Shown here in pieces: positions 63,163-64,000 of a stretch of DNA of 64,000 nt (positions are counted from its first letter, which is position 1; the number at the start of each line of letters is the position of its first letter). The DNA comes from Clostridia bacterium (GTDB lineage: Bacteria > Bacillota > Clostridia > Oscillospirales > Acutalibacteraceae), in contig JAGALQ010000025.1 in NCBI GenBank assembly GCA_017625095.1, positions 73,086 to 137,085 of the forward strand, in the 5' to 3' direction. Below the pieces are notes generated by a model that made no database searches, was not told the DNA's origin, and saw only the letters and a program-made list of their open reading frames with translations. The position numbers were made by a program, and so were the translations under genes.

Positions 63163-63870
63163 TTGAAGAAATCATTATCAATCATTTTGTCAGCATTAAT
63201 CATTTTTGCTGCAATACCGTTCTCGGTAAGTGCCGCATCAACCGAAGGCTATTTTACTTATGAGATTTCAGGCGGACAAGCAACAATTACGGATGTTGAT
63301 GAAGAAATCAGCGGTTATGTTATTGTACCCGAAACGCTTGGCGGATATCCTGTAACAGCAATCGGTGCACAGGCTTTTCAGTATTGTTCAAAAATAACAA
63401 AGCTCGGTGTTCCGGGCTGTGTAAAAACAATAGGGAAGTTAGCATTCGGGGGCACAGCCGGTTTAACCGAGGTTATATTAAGCAGCGGTGTTACTACCGT
63501 AGGTGAATATTGTTTTGATTATTCCTCTGTAATTAAAATTTATCTTCCTCTTAGTGTAGATACAATCGGTTATGCAGCTTGGGATGGCGATGTTGCTGTT
63601 TTTTATGAAGGAACAGAAGAACAGCTTCAGCAAATCAATAGACCCAATAAAGGAAATATAACCGATATTTTCAGAGGAGCAAACATAAGCTATAATCAAA
63701 GCATTCCGGAAATTGAAAACTCCTCTTCACCTTCTCAACCCGGCAACAGCGATGACGGTAACGATAGCGGCAACAACGATATAAGCTTCAATATAGGCGA
63801 TATTTTTTCCTGGTTTATTTCGTTTATAACCTTTATTTGGAACTTTATATCACAGTTAATTTCAGCATAA
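63163..63870 (+). CDS. Secreted BspA-type leucine-rich-repeat (LRR_5-like) protein with a C-terminal TM anchor
   Basis: Signal peptide. IPETLGGYPVTAIGAQAFQYCSKITKLGVPGCVKTIGKLAFGG repeats, an S/N/D-rich linker and the hydrophobic tail FSWFISFITFIWNFISQLI. TTG 63163 follows GGAGG. Confidence 0.7.
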   Translation: MKKSLSIILSALIIFAAIPFSVSAASTEGYFTYEISGGQATITDVDEEISGYVIVPETLGGYPVTAIGAQAFQYCSKITKLGVPGCVKTIGKLAFGGTAGLTEVILSSGVTTVGEYCFDYSSVIKIYLPLSVDTIGYAAWDGDVAVFYEGTEEQLQQINRPNKGNITDIFRGANISYNQSIPEIENSSSPSQPGNSDDGNDSGNNDISFNIGDIFSWFISFITFIWNFISQLISA

Positions 63871-63875
63871 TCTGC

Positions 63876-63914
63876 AAGGAGTCTGTAAAACTTTGGCTTT
63901 GCAGACTCCTTTTG
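63876..63914 (+). terminator. Intrinsic terminator of the LRR gene
   Basis: Stem AAGGAGTCTG (63876-63885) / CAGACTCCTT (63902-63911), followed by TTG. Confidence 0.6.
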
Positions 63915-64000
63915 TAAATCAAATATGTAAATTATTTTGAATATTTATAAAAAAATTCAAAATAACTATTGACAAACGTGTTAATATATAATATAATAAA

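Overview
This window is a 64-kb chromosomal segment that looks like a Firmicutes/Clostridia genome. The evidence is a glgB-glgC-glgD-glgA operon with a GlgD subunit, rplU-prp-rpmA with an N-terminally extended L27, sortase and LCP genes, a BlaI/BlaR1 pair, GGAGG-type ribosome-binding sites and many near-consensus sigma-A promoters. I support about 57 protein-coding genes, one tRNA-Gln(CUG), a probable L21 leader, and many intrinsic terminators and promoters.

Housekeeping content: translationally coupled ileS-valS, two acyl-CoA ligase paralogs, asnA-argF-comFC, the glycogen operon, ptsH, pyrR, citrate synthase, feoA-feoB plus a small Cys-rich partner, sufC/sufBD and the L21-Prp-L27 operon. Envelope and accessory modules are interspersed: a GLUG-repeat surface protein; a SrtB-LCP-substrate-lipoprotein-GtrA-GPH block; an MBOAT/DltD-like/SGNH/YdcF block; a BspA-type LRR protein; and a GH36-like glycosidase with a DeoR regulator.

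I see no CRISPR array, transposase, integrase, phage gene or recognisable defence system, and no clear-cut novel multi-gene system. The most unusual signals are noncoding or small-scale:
- Two families of hairpin-rich intergenic repeats: family A (ATATCGA/TCGATAT-punctuated tetraloop hairpins, 2 loci) and family B (GTCATTYTGARCG...GAAGAATCTTTT...GCCCCTACG...GTTCWGGATGAC, 2 loci, 3.5 copies).
- A degraded second tRNA-Gln 3' half with an 85-nt insertion and a duplicated terminator.
- A TA-dinucleotide frameshift that splits the 5' end of citrate synthase.
- A GPH-type transporter fused to a roughly 310-aa coiled-coil tail.
- A GT4 glycosyltransferase embedded in the glg operon.
- A histidine-phosphatase homolog in which the catalytic RHG motif reads RNA.
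- A stalk-only SPDTG sortase substrate with its own consensus promoter.

All function calls rest on motifs I recognise in the translations; no database search was run.
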